From UHGV virus genome UHGV-2195224: a stretch of 57,074 bases of DNA. The stretch is one strand, 5' to 3'. Every line of letters begins with the position of its first letter. Position 1 is the first letter of the stretch. The notes under the pieces were generated by a model, which saw nothing but the letters and a program-made list of their open reading frames with translations, was not told the DNA's origin and did no database searches. Positions 29,575 to 39,137 of this stretch are shown here, one piece after another. The DNA is from a virus. The translations under genes were made by a program, and so were the position numbers.

Positions 29575-31410
29575 TTACCTGCCAAAGCGCGTATAGCCAA
29601 CATCATGGCTGACATCAAAACCGCTGGATCGCGTTTCCATAACCCGCATACCCGGAGGCGAATTCACAAAAGAGACCTTGATCTCACCATCAACTTTTGG
29701 CGCAGAAGCTTTGTTAATCATGAAGGGATTCGGGCCTGTGGCATCGGAGGCGTTGTTTGACTGAGCCGGATCCACCGCCGGATAAGGTGTGTATCCCCGC
29801 GCCGGTATTCCCGTCCCATAAGCATCATAAGCACCCGCGCCCCACTGCGCAGAGTTAATGGCATCGACCGTGTCACCGGAACTGTCGGTAAACCACTCAA
29901 TAATTGGCTTCAGCTTGTCCCACATATCCTGAAACCACTTAACAACCGGCCCCCAGTTATTGATCACCATCCCCAGCGGCGACCAGGCAAAAACTTTCTT
30001 AAGGAGTTCCCAGCCGGCCTCAAAATAAGGACCAATGGTTTCCCAGAGTTTCTTAAAATAAGGTCCGACAACATCCCAGTTAGTGATAATTAATCCCGCA
30101 GCCAGGGCTATCGCCGTCGCAATCATGCCAATCGGCGTCATCGACATGATCCTGCTGACAATACTGATGGCACCGCCAACGCCCATCAATCCCAGTTTCA
30201 GAATCGCAAGACCGGCAGCAAGCCCGACGACGCCGCGAATAACCCGGGGATTTTCATCCGCAAACTTCGTGAATTTCTCCCCCAACTCCCCCAGCCATTG
30301 CGTGATATTTTTAGCGTCACCAGAAAATGCGCCGCCAATAGCTGCAAGACCGTTAGTTGCGGTCCCCGTCATTGCCTCCCACAGGTTGGACAGCGTACCA
30401 AGCTGTGCCTGAACACGTTTATTCAGGCTGGCCTGTTTATTCATCTTCTGCTGGATCTGATCGTAACCATCCTTCCCTTTATCGATCAGAGCATTGACCA
30501 CCTGAAGGGTTTCGGCATCATCACCAAATATTGCCTTAAGTACACCTGTTCGCTTAACGTCGGTCAGTTTTCGCAGCTTTGCCAGTTGCCTGAACATGTT
30601 ATCAAGACCGCCAAAACTCCCTTTGCCGTCAGTAAAATCGAGCTGCACTCCGAGTTTCTGGCGGGCCATAACTTTATTAACGTCCCTGATTTTCTTAACG
30701 CTTAATCCGGACTGGATAACTTTTCGCAGGGCATTACCTGCCGACTCCCCGTTCATCCCCATCTGATCCATCATGACGCTGATGGGGGCAAGGCTCTGTG
30801 CAGCCTGAAGACCATCCTTGTTCACCATCTTCAGAACAGAACTGGTTTTAGTGAAGAAGGACAACATGTTGGTATCGTCAACGCCCAGATAAAACGCCTT
30901 CTGGATAGTGTCGAACAGCCCCATCATGTCTTCTGACGCCGTTCCGGTAGCATCCTGCATCTTTGCAGCAAACTCAGCAGCCGCTTCCGGTGTTTTTTTC
31001 AGTTGTACCGCAAGATAGGCTGTCGCTTTACCCACACCACCCAGAATGTTTTCTGCCGGGATCCCCTGACGCACCAGCATCTGCATCATGTTCTGGAAAT
31101 CAGCCGTTGTACCGGGTAGCTGGTTACCCAGGCCAATAGCCAGTTTATTGATGTCCTGAAAGCGCTTTCCGACCTCACCGTTCGCATCCATCATGGCAAC
31201 TTTCAGCCCGGTGGCGGCGTTTTCCTGATCGGCATAAGATTTCAGGGAAAGCGTCAGACCCGCAGCCAGTCCGCCACCAAGCGCCAGCCCACCCTGTGAC
31301 GCTTCTTCCGCCTGGCGTTTAAATCCCCGGATTTTCTTTTGCATTTTCGACAGCGCGGGAGAAAGCCTGTCGACACCGGTGATCAACGCCTTAAGCTCAA
31401 ATTCAGCCAT
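29575..31410 (-). CDS. tail tape-measure protein
   Basis: 611-aa ORF with Ala/Gly-rich helical repeats and hydrophobic segments; between chaperone and baseplate genes. Confidence 0.8.
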   Translation of the reverse strand: MAEFELKALITGVDRLSPALSKMQKKIRGFKRQAEEASQGGLALGGGLAAGLTLSLKSYADQENAATGLKVAMMDANGEVGKRFQDINKLAIGLGNQLPGTTADFQNMMQMLVRQGIPAENILGGVGKATAYLAVQLKKTPEAAAEFAAKMQDATGTASEDMMGLFDTIQKAFYLGVDDTNMLSFFTKTSSVLKMVNKDGLQAAQSLAPISVMMDQMGMNGESAGNALRKVIQSGLSVKKIRDVNKVMARQKLGVQLDFTDGKGSFGGLDNMFRQLAKLRKLTDVKRTGVLKAIFGDDAETLQVVNALIDKGKDGYDQIQQKMNKQASLNKRVQAQLGTLSNLWEAMTGTATNGLAAIGGAFSGDAKNITQWLGELGEKFTKFADENPRVIRGVVGLAAGLAILKLGLMGVGGAISIVSRIMSMTPIGMIATAIALAAGLIITNWDVVGPYFKKLWETIGPYFEAGWELLKKVFAWSPLGMVINNWGPVVKWFQDMWDKLKPIIEWFTDSSGDTVDAINSAQWGAGAYDAYGTGIPARGYTPYPAVDPAQSNNASDATGPNPFMINKASAPKVDGEIKVSFVNSPPGMRVMETRSSGFDVSHDVGYTRFGR

Positions 31411-31821
31411 GTGTGCGTTTCTCCTGCTCTATCCTGTTTGCCTGACTGACCAGTAAGGGAATTTCACTGATCGGCATATTCAGCAATTCGAAGGGATTAA
31501 TGCGCCAGTAGCTGGCGCAGTCAAAGAAGCGATCAGTGAGGTATTCAGCCGTCAGGCCTGGAGGAAAAAACCAGCCACAAGCCACGCCGCTGCATTCAGG
31601 TCTGCCGGAGACATCTGGTCGACAGAGTTTTGCGGCACTTTCGCCAGCCGCACAATGTATTTCGATACCACATGCGCCAGAAGTCTGACGGACTCATCCT
31701 GATTCATCTGGTAGGGATACCCCAGCTCGCGGACATCTTTCCCGGTGGGCTCATCAAACTCCAGTACGGAGAGTGTCTCGCCATGAGCGGTAATCGGTTT
31801 CTTTAACTCAAGCTCTTTCAT
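31403..31821 (-). CDS. tail assembly chaperone pair with probable programmed -1 frameshift (G/GT-like)
   Basis: 89-aa ORF 31552-31821 overlaps a -1-frame ORF running to 31403; overlap contains slippery heptamer T TTT TTC (plus-strand gaaaaaa at about 31564-31570). Confidence 0.55.
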
Positions 31822-32177
31822 TACTGGTAATCCCCTTCTTCACCGTGGAACTCAAGATCGACCGTGCCTTCTTCGGCATTATGGTTCGCTTCGCCGTGCA
31901 GCCAGGCAGACGACAGTACATAGACCTGACCGTTCGCCAGCTCGGCAGTGATGGTCATCTCATCAGACGAGGTGATTTTGCTCACCGGAAAATTCTTCGG
32001 CACCTTGAAGGTCCCTTTGACATAGGGCGCACGGTGAGTTTCCTTGCGGTCCACTGAACCGTCCAGGCCGATGATGTCATCATTGACCGTCCTGTTCATG
32101 GGCACCTCAATGCCGCCGGTCAGCGATAGCTGCTGACCGTCAATTTTGAAATAACAGGTTCCCCCGATACGGGCCAT
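31821..32177 (-). CDS. tail tube protein (Mu gpM-like)
   Basis: 118-aa ORF directly downstream of the sheath gene. Confidence 0.7.
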   Translation of the reverse strand: MARIGGTCYFKIDGQQLSLTGGIEVPMNRTVNDDIIGLDGSVDRKETHRAPYVKGTFKVPKNFPVSKITSSDEMTITAELANGQVYVLSSAWLHGEANHNAEEGTVDLEFHGEEGDYQ

Positions 32178-33673
32178 TATGCAGACTCCTCTGAATACTG
32201 AAGACGGAACTGGTTAACCACGGCAAAGACACGCAACTGGTTAACATAGTCAGGCGGGAACAGCGTGTTCAGGCGGTTCGGATCGCTGGCATCACGCTCC
32301 ACAACCAGGTACTGCTTAAACAGTTCGTAGTTTTCCACGATCCCCGCACGCTCGAGCTGACGGTAGGTTGCCAGCAGTTCCCCTTTGATCACCGCCGGGG
32401 TGACAATCGCCTGACCGGGACCAAAGCGGGTACCGTCACTGGCAAGCTTGTGACGCCCGTACTTACTGGTAATGACGGATTTCAGTTTGCGCAGTACATA
32501 CGCGCTGGTATGCAGCGTCTCGCTGTCGAGGTAGCTGTTATCCGCAACCCCGTAAGCGTTTTTCCTGTACGTGGTGACATCACGCTGAATGCGCAGTACC
32601 CCGCTTTCGACATACGCCGTTGCCACGCCATGAGACAGCAGGGTCTGTTGTTCGGTCATCGTGAACCGTTTCCCCTTCGGCGCAGGCAACATACCCACCA
32701 GCTCACCGGTCTGCGTGGGACGTGCCGGATCGTTGCGGATAAACACCGCTGCGCGGGCGGTACGGCTTGCCGCCAGCTCGTCGGCAGGCGTCTGGGTCTC
32801 TTTTTCGTACCCCGCCAGGGTGATGTGCTGCTGGTTAAACTGGTCACCTGCGGTCACCAGTTCTGACAGCGTGCCGATCTTTGCCGTATACACATGACCA
32901 TACAGCTGACGCGCATAGCTCCAGCGACCGCTGGTATCGTTCATCTCGGTCACCAGCGTGTTAACGGAGGCCGTGTCGTTGAACGGCAGACCGATATAAT
33001 CAAACGGCTCATCCGCCATTGCAGCCACCGCACCGGTGAGAACCGGAGCGCCCGTTCCGGCGGTCCCCGTCGCCACGGCAATCTGTACGCCCGCTGGCAG
33101 CACTTCGCCCCCACCGAAGCCGTAGTAATTGAGGCTGACAGGAATTTCATTCCCGCAAAGCCCCTTATGACGCGCGGTCAGTGTGACCACGCCTGCCGAA
33201 GATGAGGCCGTAAACGGCAGGGCCGGAACGGCATTAATGGCATCCTGGATACTGCTGGCAATCGTCGTGACGTTATCGCCGTTAGTCACCGGTGCCTGCA
33301 CGCGGGTACGTCCCACATAAACATTCACCGTGCCGGTTTCGGTTGCTGCTCCGGTCACCGTCAGCGTAACCGTTGCCGCCGCGCCTGTGGCTTCCGGAAC
33401 GGCAATCACATACAGCTCGCCAAACGGGTCGGTCTGGCGATAAGCCTCGACCATACGCGCCAGCTGACTTCCCGCACCACAAATCTGGCGTGCATAGTCT
33501 GCCGACGGCATCAACACCAGACTGTTGGCAACAATCTCTGCACCGTTATTGGCGTGACCAATCAGCAACGATGCCCCGCTGTCCTGTGCAGTATTCGCCG
33601 CCTGGTTATCCATTTCCGCATAAAACAACGGAACCAGCGTATTCGACGGAATGGTGTTAAAGCTTATCGTCAT
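32177..33673 (-). CDS. contractile tail sheath protein (Mu gpL-like)
   Basis: 498-aa ORF MTISFNTIPSNTLVPLFYAEMDNQAANTAQDSGASLLIG... Confidence 0.8.
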   Translation of the reverse strand: MTISFNTIPSNTLVPLFYAEMDNQAANTAQDSGASLLIGHANNGAEIVANSLVLMPSADYARQICGAGSQLARMVEAYRQTDPFGELYVIAVPEATGAAATVTLTVTGAATETGTVNVYVGRTRVQAPVTNGDNVTTIASSIQDAINAVPALPFTASSSAGVVTLTARHKGLCGNEIPVSLNYYGFGGGEVLPAGVQIAVATGTAGTGAPVLTGAVAAMADEPFDYIGLPFNDTASVNTLVTEMNDTSGRWSYARQLYGHVYTAKIGTLSELVTAGDQFNQQHITLAGYEKETQTPADELAASRTARAAVFIRNDPARPTQTGELVGMLPAPKGKRFTMTEQQTLLSHGVATAYVESGVLRIQRDVTTYRKNAYGVADNSYLDSETLHTSAYVLRKLKSVITSKYGRHKLASDGTRFGPGQAIVTPAVIKGELLATYRQLERAGIVENYELFKQYLVVERDASDPNRLNTLFPPDYVNQLRVFAVVNQFRLQYSEESA

Positions 33674-33835
33674 CGGTATTCACCTTTTTATTCACGCGCC
33701 GGATATCACCCGCTGCTTCACGGCGCAGCCAGTAGTTGTTCTCGTCAACATTTCGCCCTTCGGCGGGCAAAAGGTCGCCGCGGGCAGGGTCAGGAACTGA
33801 CCGCCCTTTAACAGGTTTGACAAACATGAGGATCC

Positions 33836-34396
33836 TCAGGAAGGAAGGGTTATTTCGGTGTGATGTTCGATATCGCCGTCAGGCCCGTTACCGGGCTCGA
33901 GATAATCAACATCAATCGCCAGCGTTTGCAGTTCATCCAGACTGTTCAGATCATCCTGCTGGCGGGTATCGTCTTCGGTCAGCTCGCTGATGATCGAAAA
34001 ATCGAACTGATAAATCAGCTCATGACGATTCAGATCCAGCAGCGTGCCGCCGTCATAGGTAATCGGGTTACCGCACGCTTCCGGGTTCCAGCCCAGCAGA
34101 GCCTTAAAGAGCATCTGCCGGACATCGTCCACCACATCATACGAGGCAAACTGACCGCGCTCATCACGCCCGTTACTCAGTATGACAACCACGGAGAAGC
34201 CCTCTTTCAGCTCCTGCCAGTAGTCGGTCTGGCTTTTGTTTTCTCCCGGAGAGTCATCACCCGGTACCACATACGCCGCCGGGAGTCTCAGCTTTCCGAC
34301 CTCCGGCAGATTTTTGAACTGTGCCGCGCCTGCCACCCGGTTTTCAAAATACGGGCAGCGGGCACGCAGCGCAGCAATAACAGGCGTCAGTTTCAT
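33836..34396 (-). CDS. phage tail-associated protein (Mu gp37-like)
   Basis: 186-aa ORF; synteny. Confidence 0.45.
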   Translation of the reverse strand: MKLTPVIAALRARCPYFENRVAGAAQFKNLPEVGKLRLPAAYVVPGDDSPGENKSQTDYWQELKEGFSVVVILSNGRDERGQFASYDVVDDVRQMLFKALLGWNPEACGNPITYDGGTLLDLNRHELIYQFDFSIISELTEDDTRQQDDLNSLDELQTLAIDVDYLEPGNGPDGDIEHHTEITLPS

Positions 34397-34899
34397 CTGC
34401 GTCGTCGCTCCGGCTTCAGTGATTTACGTAATTCCCGCGCCAGAAAATAGCGTGTCCAGCTGCGGTTCTTTTCAAGAGTTTCCACCATAAAGTTATTACG
34501 TGGAGCCAGCCGCCAGCCGCTGCCACCGGATGCACCACGATGATGACTACGACGACGTTTTGCTCCTCCCCGGACACCAAAAAACAGAAACGCCGGATAG
34601 AAGTCACCAGAGATCATCCGGTTCCCCTTCCCGTTGCGCTGGTTAGGGGCAATGCGTGTCATAAAACCGGCTCGCTTTTTACTGGCTCCCGGCACCATGT
34701 AACCAATCGAACGAGCCAGGCGTCCGGTCTGATAACCGGGGTTTTCACCCGGTGCCGACCGCGCACGGCGCATCACCAGCCGACGAGCATCACGCATATG
34801 ACGCTGCCCAATCGTGACAAACGCCCGCCGGACACGGGCGCGGTTAAAGCGCATCTCCGCGGGCTGCTGAACATCAACGTGAAAAAAGGGAGTCGCCAT
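34393..34899 (-). CDS. virion morphogenesis / tail completion protein (Mu G-like)
   Basis: internal ATG MATPFFHVDVQQPAEMRFNRARVRRAF...; synteny. Confidence 0.5.
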   Translation of the reverse strand: MATPFFHVDVQQPAEMRFNRARVRRAFVTIGQRHMRDARRLVMRRARSAPGENPGYQTGRLARSIGYMVPGASKKRAGFMTRIAPNQRNGKGNRMISGDFYPAFLFFGVRGGAKRRRSHHRGASGGSGWRLAPRNNFMVETLEKNRSWTRYFLARELRKSLKPERRRR

Positions 34900-35284
34900 T
34901 GCTGCCTCCGTGACTCTGCGTAAATTCGCCCAGCTCCGTACACTCCAGCAGCAGAAAGCGCCGCGCACCGTTCAGATCGCGCTGACGTTTCACCCGGTAC
35001 ACACTGTCACCGCAGACCACCTCATAATCAGCGGTGATCCCCCGGCGGTAGCGAATGGTGATGTAATGGGTGATGGCGTCTCCGGTCTGCGCGGTTTCCT
35101 GCCAGGTGGTGGCACTGGTCTGGACAACCTTCGCCCATGCCCGGAACGCAACCGGGTATTGAGGCTCCACGCCAAAGTTATCCGCGGGCATATCCACCCG
35201 CTGGCGGATCAGGACGCGTTTATTCAGTTCGCCGGGGTCCGGCAGAATGTAGGTTGCGCTGGTCTGCGCCTGACGAATTTTCAT
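34874..35284 (-). CDS. head-tail adaptor / head closure protein
   Basis: 136-aa ORF between connector and tail genes. Confidence 0.5.
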   Translation of the reverse strand: MKIRQAQTSATYILPDPGELNKRVLIRQRVDMPADNFGVEPQYPVAFRAWAKVVQTSATTWQETAQTGDAITHYITIRYRRGITADYEVVCGDSVYRVKRQRDLNGARRFLLLECTELGEFTQSHGGSNGDSLFSR

Positions 35285-35604
35285 TGCGGAAAGTACCTGT
35301 ACGGGCCAACAAGCCAGCCAAAACTCTGCGGCATGTCGAGTTTCTCCACTTCCGTAACCGACGAGCGGTTTTCGTAAAAATGGCTGATAAGCATCAGCAT
35401 CCCCAGACGAATATCATCCGGCAGGTGTAGTCCGTCCGGGTCGCTGTCCGGAATGGTTTCATCCGGTGCATAGAGCTTCCGGTTCAGATACGTTTCCGTC
35501 CGCTTTTGCGCCGCACAGGCCAGCAGTTGCAGATGGCGGTCATCAGCATCGAAATCCTCATCCAGCCGGAGTTGGGCTTTAATCTCTTCCATTGTCAGAA
35601 GCAT
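35281..35604 (-). CDS. head-tail connector protein (gp6-like)
   Basis: 107-aa ORF MLLTMEEIKAQLRLDEDFDADDRHLQLL... Confidence 0.55.
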   Translation of the reverse strand: MLLTMEEIKAQLRLDEDFDADDRHLQLLACAAQKRTETYLNRKLYAPDETIPDSDPDGLHLPDDIRLGMLMLISHFYENRSSVTEVEKLDMPQSFGWLVGPYRYFPQ

Positions 35605-35606
35605 AC

Positions 35607-35807
35607 TCAGCCCTCTTTACTGGTCGTGGCTTTTTTCTCTTTTGTCGCTTTACTGCTTTTTGCACTGGTTCCGCGCTCTGCTAACCCGGCCTGAAGTGCA
35701 ATCTCCTGCACCCGGGCAGGAAGCGCCCCGTCGTCATACTCACCGGCCCGAATGACCTCAACACGCATACCGTCCGGTGACCATTTCAGATCTTGTTTCA
35801 GGATCAT
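35607..35807 (-). CDS. small hypothetical head-module protein
   Basis: 66-aa ORF, Lys-rich C-terminus. Confidence 0.35.
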   Translation of the reverse strand: MILKQDLKWSPDGMRVEVIRAGEYDDGALPARVQEIALQAGLAERGTSAKSSKATKEKKATTSKEG

Positions 35808-35855
35808 GATTCTTCACCCTTCAGAACAGGGGCGCGGTTCAGCGCCCCTGAGTGA

Positions 35856-37060
35856 TTACGCCGCTGCAATCTTCAGCAGTTTGATGGCCTGCGAATCGAC
35901 CAGCATCCCGCCGGTGCGCTTGGTGGTATAAAAACCGACAAACGGTTTATTGGTGTACGGGTCGCGCAGAATGCGGGTGCCGATACGGTCAACGATGGTG
36001 TAACCCCGTTTGAAGTTACCAAATGCAATGGCTTTCGCATCAGCGGCGATATCCGGCATCTGTTCGTTTTCAGCGATACCGTAACCCGCCAGAGAGGACG
36101 GCTGCCCCAGTTCCAGCCCCGGACGCCACAGATAGTTACCCTCGGTGTCTTTCAGCAAACGGATGGCAAACAGGCTGTTGTTGTTCATCATGAACTTCGC
36201 GCCGGTGCGGTGTGCCTTTCGCAGCGTGTAAATCAGTTTGATAATGGCGTCTGCGGTCACCCCCGTCGCTTCGCCGGATACAATATGCTGAAGTTTGCCG
36301 AACGCCCGGACCTTATCGGTTTCATCGGTGGATTCATACGCCAGGAACCCTTCGGCTTCTTGGTACCATCGCCTGAGGTAAAGGCAATTTCTTCCTGTTC
36401 GGCAAATTCGGTTGCCAGCTCGCTGTTGATCCAGGCCTCCACGTTGAAGAAGGCATCGTCCAGCATTTTCTGGGTAGCCTGCGGGTTGCCGTAGATTTCC
36501 CCCATGAGAGGTTCAATCAGCTCCAGTCTGGAGGTGGCAGTCTGGGATCGCGTATCCGTTTCCCCCACCCATCCGGAAGCCGTACCGCCCAGATTCACCA
36601 GTTTTTTGTAGTCGGAACCGCCAACGGTGATCACCGTGGCTTCCTGACGCATCACCACTTCATCTTTCAGCAGGTTAAGAATGTTGCGATCCAGTTCTTC
36701 CGGCACGGCGTAGCCACCGTCTTCATCGGTGCCCACCTGCAATGCCTTACGCTCCAGATCGCGCAGACCGTCTTCACGGCCTTTACGCAGGAAGCCCACA
36801 AACGCCTCTTTATGCTCGGTGGCCAGTTTATTTTGCGCTCCACCTGCCGGACGTTTCAGCTCAAGCAGCTCTTTTTCAAGATCGCTTTTGAGGTTTTCCA
36901 GCTCGCTGAGTTTCCCGTTCAGGGTTTCCACCTGCCCGGCAAGTTTGCCTTTTTCCTGCTCAATCGCATCCACGCGCTTGTCGTTCTTTGCTTTGAAGTC
37001 GTCAAACTTCTGCTGCAGCTCCTGCGCGACCTGTTCGACATCTTTAATATCAACCGCCAT
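35856..37060 (-). pseudogene. HK97-family major capsid protein, reading frame broken by a 1-nt indel
   Basis: N-terminal part (track ORF 36257-37060) and C-terminal part (35856-36260) are in different frames; C-terminal frame stays open upstream of its ATG (FLAYESTDETDKVRAFGKLQHIVSGEATGV...); switch at minus-strand GGG run near 36366-36372. Confidence 0.65.
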
Positions 37061-37074
37061 CGTATTTCTCCTGA

Positions 37075-37761
37075 TTAGAAGTTCAGATTTTTCAGTGCAT
37101 TCAGTGCAGAGCCCACATCCTCAGCGTCGCGCAGGGACAGTGCGCCATAGCCCCCGGCCATGAATGCTTTGGCCTGGGTACGGGAGAGTCCGACATCACG
37201 CAGGACTCTTTCGATTTTTTTCTGTTCGGGGATTTCCCCGCGGGCCAGTGCGTTCTTGACGTCGCTGATCCGCGCCTCGTCGTTAGACGGGAACGTCACT
37301 AGGCTGACTTCCCAGAGGTCGATTTCTTTCAACAGAAAGGCTTCTTTGCTCCGGTCGTATTCCCAGTCTTTCAGGACGTACCCAATAGAAAGGCCGGTTA
37401 ACGAACCGGCCTTCATGTGTGCATGTGCGCGTTTTGCGAGGGGATCATCATCAATAAGCAACCGTCCCCTGACGTAAAGCCCGACATCGTCTTCCTTCAT
37501 TTCGGTGTAAACACCGATGGGTTCATCCATGCGGTGCTGCCAGAGCAGCGCAGGTAACGCTTTTCTGTCACTCCACGCCCGCAGGGAAGCAGCAAATGCC
37601 CCGGACATCACCACATCATCGTGGCTGTCCTTTACACCAAAGACGGAGCCATACCCTTCAAACTCACCGGAGTCACTGACAGATTTCAGACTCAGCGGTA
37701 CATCAAGACGTTGTTTCGTCTGCATTGGCGTTATCCTTCTGCTTACCGGCTTTACTGCCAT
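37075..37761 (-). CDS. prohead protease (HK97 family)
   Basis: 228-aa ORF ...ALPALLWQHRMDEPIGV...; between portal and capsid. Confidence 0.8.
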   Translation of the reverse strand: MAVKPVSRRITPMQTKQRLDVPLSLKSVSDSGEFEGYGSVFGVKDSHDDVVMSGAFAASLRAWSDRKALPALLWQHRMDEPIGVYTEMKEDDVGLYVRGRLLIDDDPLAKRAHAHMKAGSLTGLSIGYVLKDWEYDRSKEAFLLKEIDLWEVSLVTFPSNDEARISDVKNALARGEIPEQKKIERVLRDVGLSRTQAKAFMAGGYGALSLRDAEDVGSALNALKNLNF

Positions 37762-38944
37762 CGGAGGGTTTCGTGGTCATGTTCATCGGTGTGAGATAGA
37801 CATCACCACCGGGACGCGGATTCATATCTTCCAGGTCGCGGCAGTCATTGGGAGAGTAAATTCCCCAGTTGATCCCGGTGGCGTAGGCTTCAAAACGGGA
37901 CTTCATATCCCCGCGCAGTAACGCCCCGGCGTTAAATTTGGCGTAATAAACGCCCTGCTTACTTTTTCGTACCAGTCCGGTGTTGATCCGCTGTTCGATG
38001 CGGGTCAGATACGGCACCAGTGAATAGTTGATAAATCCGAGCCCCAGTTCTTCGATATTGTTGAAGGTGGCGCGATCGGTGTTCTGCACCATGTGCAACG
38101 GTACCCGGAACAGACGACAGATTTCTTCAAGCTGAAACTTGCGGGTTTCCAGGAACTGGCTGTCCTCGGCGTTCAGCGCCATCGACTTCCAGTCCAGCCC
38201 CATCTCAAGGATCATCGGGCGGTGAGCATTGCCAAGCCCGGTGTGACGCTCCTCAAAATCTTTCTTCAGGCGCTCATAAGCCTGATCTGACAGCGTCTGC
38301 TCTGTACGCAACACACCCGACGTCACCGCACCATTGCTGAACAGTCTGGCCCCGTGCTCTTCAGTCGCTGCCGCCAGCGATATTGCCTCGCGGGCATAGG
38401 CGATGGGATTCAGCCCCACCAGTCCGTCCAGCGTCAGCGTGCGCACATGCCAGATATCCTCCTGGCTCAGCACATCCGTGGAGCCGTCCGGGAATGTGAC
38501 CTGATAGACCGGCTCCCAGCTACTGTTAAGCTTCGGTACCACACAGCCAGGATCGACGGGCAGCAGTTCAGCCACTTCGCCAAATGCTTTCACTTTGTAG
38601 GCGTAAAAGTTTCCCCTCAGGCACAGACAGGTGACCACCAGCTCCCAGAACTCCTGCGGCGTCATATAGCCATTGGGATGCGTGGAGATCAGCTTATGCA
38701 GACGTTCGCCGGTGGCTCTCTGCTTCAGGCTGCCATTCAGGTGATACAGATTGCAGGGCAACATCCCGACCGACTCTGCCAGCACTCTGATGCAGGAAAA
38801 AACCGCCGTCAGTCGCATGGCCCGCTGACTGCTGATCTGCTTTCCGGTATAGGTGTCGTAGGACAACCCGATGGCATCCGCCAGCTCTGCTGGCGTGGTC
38901 ACCGGTGCGTCACTTTTTCGTTGAAATAATCCCGAAAAGAACAC
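37703..38944 (-). CDS. portal protein (HK97 family)
   Basis: 413-aa ORF downstream of terminase. Confidence 0.8.
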   Translation of the reverse strand: MFFSGLFQRKSDAPVTTPAELADAIGLSYDTYTGKQISSQRAMRLTAVFSCIRVLAESVGMLPCNLYHLNGSLKQRATGERLHKLISTHPNGYMTPQEFWELVVTCLCLRGNFYAYKVKAFGEVAELLPVDPGCVVPKLNSSWEPVYQVTFPDGSTDVLSQEDIWHVRTLTLDGLVGLNPIAYAREAISLAAATEEHGARLFSNGAVTSGVLRTEQTLSDQAYERLKKDFEERHTGLGNAHRPMILEMGLDWKSMALNAEDSQFLETRKFQLEEICRLFRVPLHMVQNTDRATFNNIEELGLGFINYSLVPYLTRIEQRINTGLVRKSKQGVYYAKFNAGALLRGDMKSRFEAYATGINWGIYSPNDCRDLEDMNPRPGGDVYLTPMNMTTKPSDGSKAGKQKDNANADETTS

Positions 38945-39126
38945 TATTTACCTCCGCCGACAGACGGCTGTGTACGGTCGAGATATCGCGCCACCAGCCA
39001 CGACCAGAACAGGCACAACGCCCCGGCAACAACAAACCCCGCCGGGGGATAAATCAGCCAGGCACCATACGCCAGCAAAAGCGCCCCCAGCACGCCCACC
39101 AGAGGCGCGAGAATCAGCATGATCAT
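38944..39126 (-). CDS. small hydrophobic protein (two predicted TM helices)
   Basis: 60-aa [51 protein letters not shown]... Confidence 0.35.
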   Translation of the reverse strand: MIMLILAPLVGVLGALLLAYGAWLIYPPAGFVVAGALCLFWSWLVARYLDRTQPSVGGGK

Positions 39127-39137
39127 AATTACCTCAG

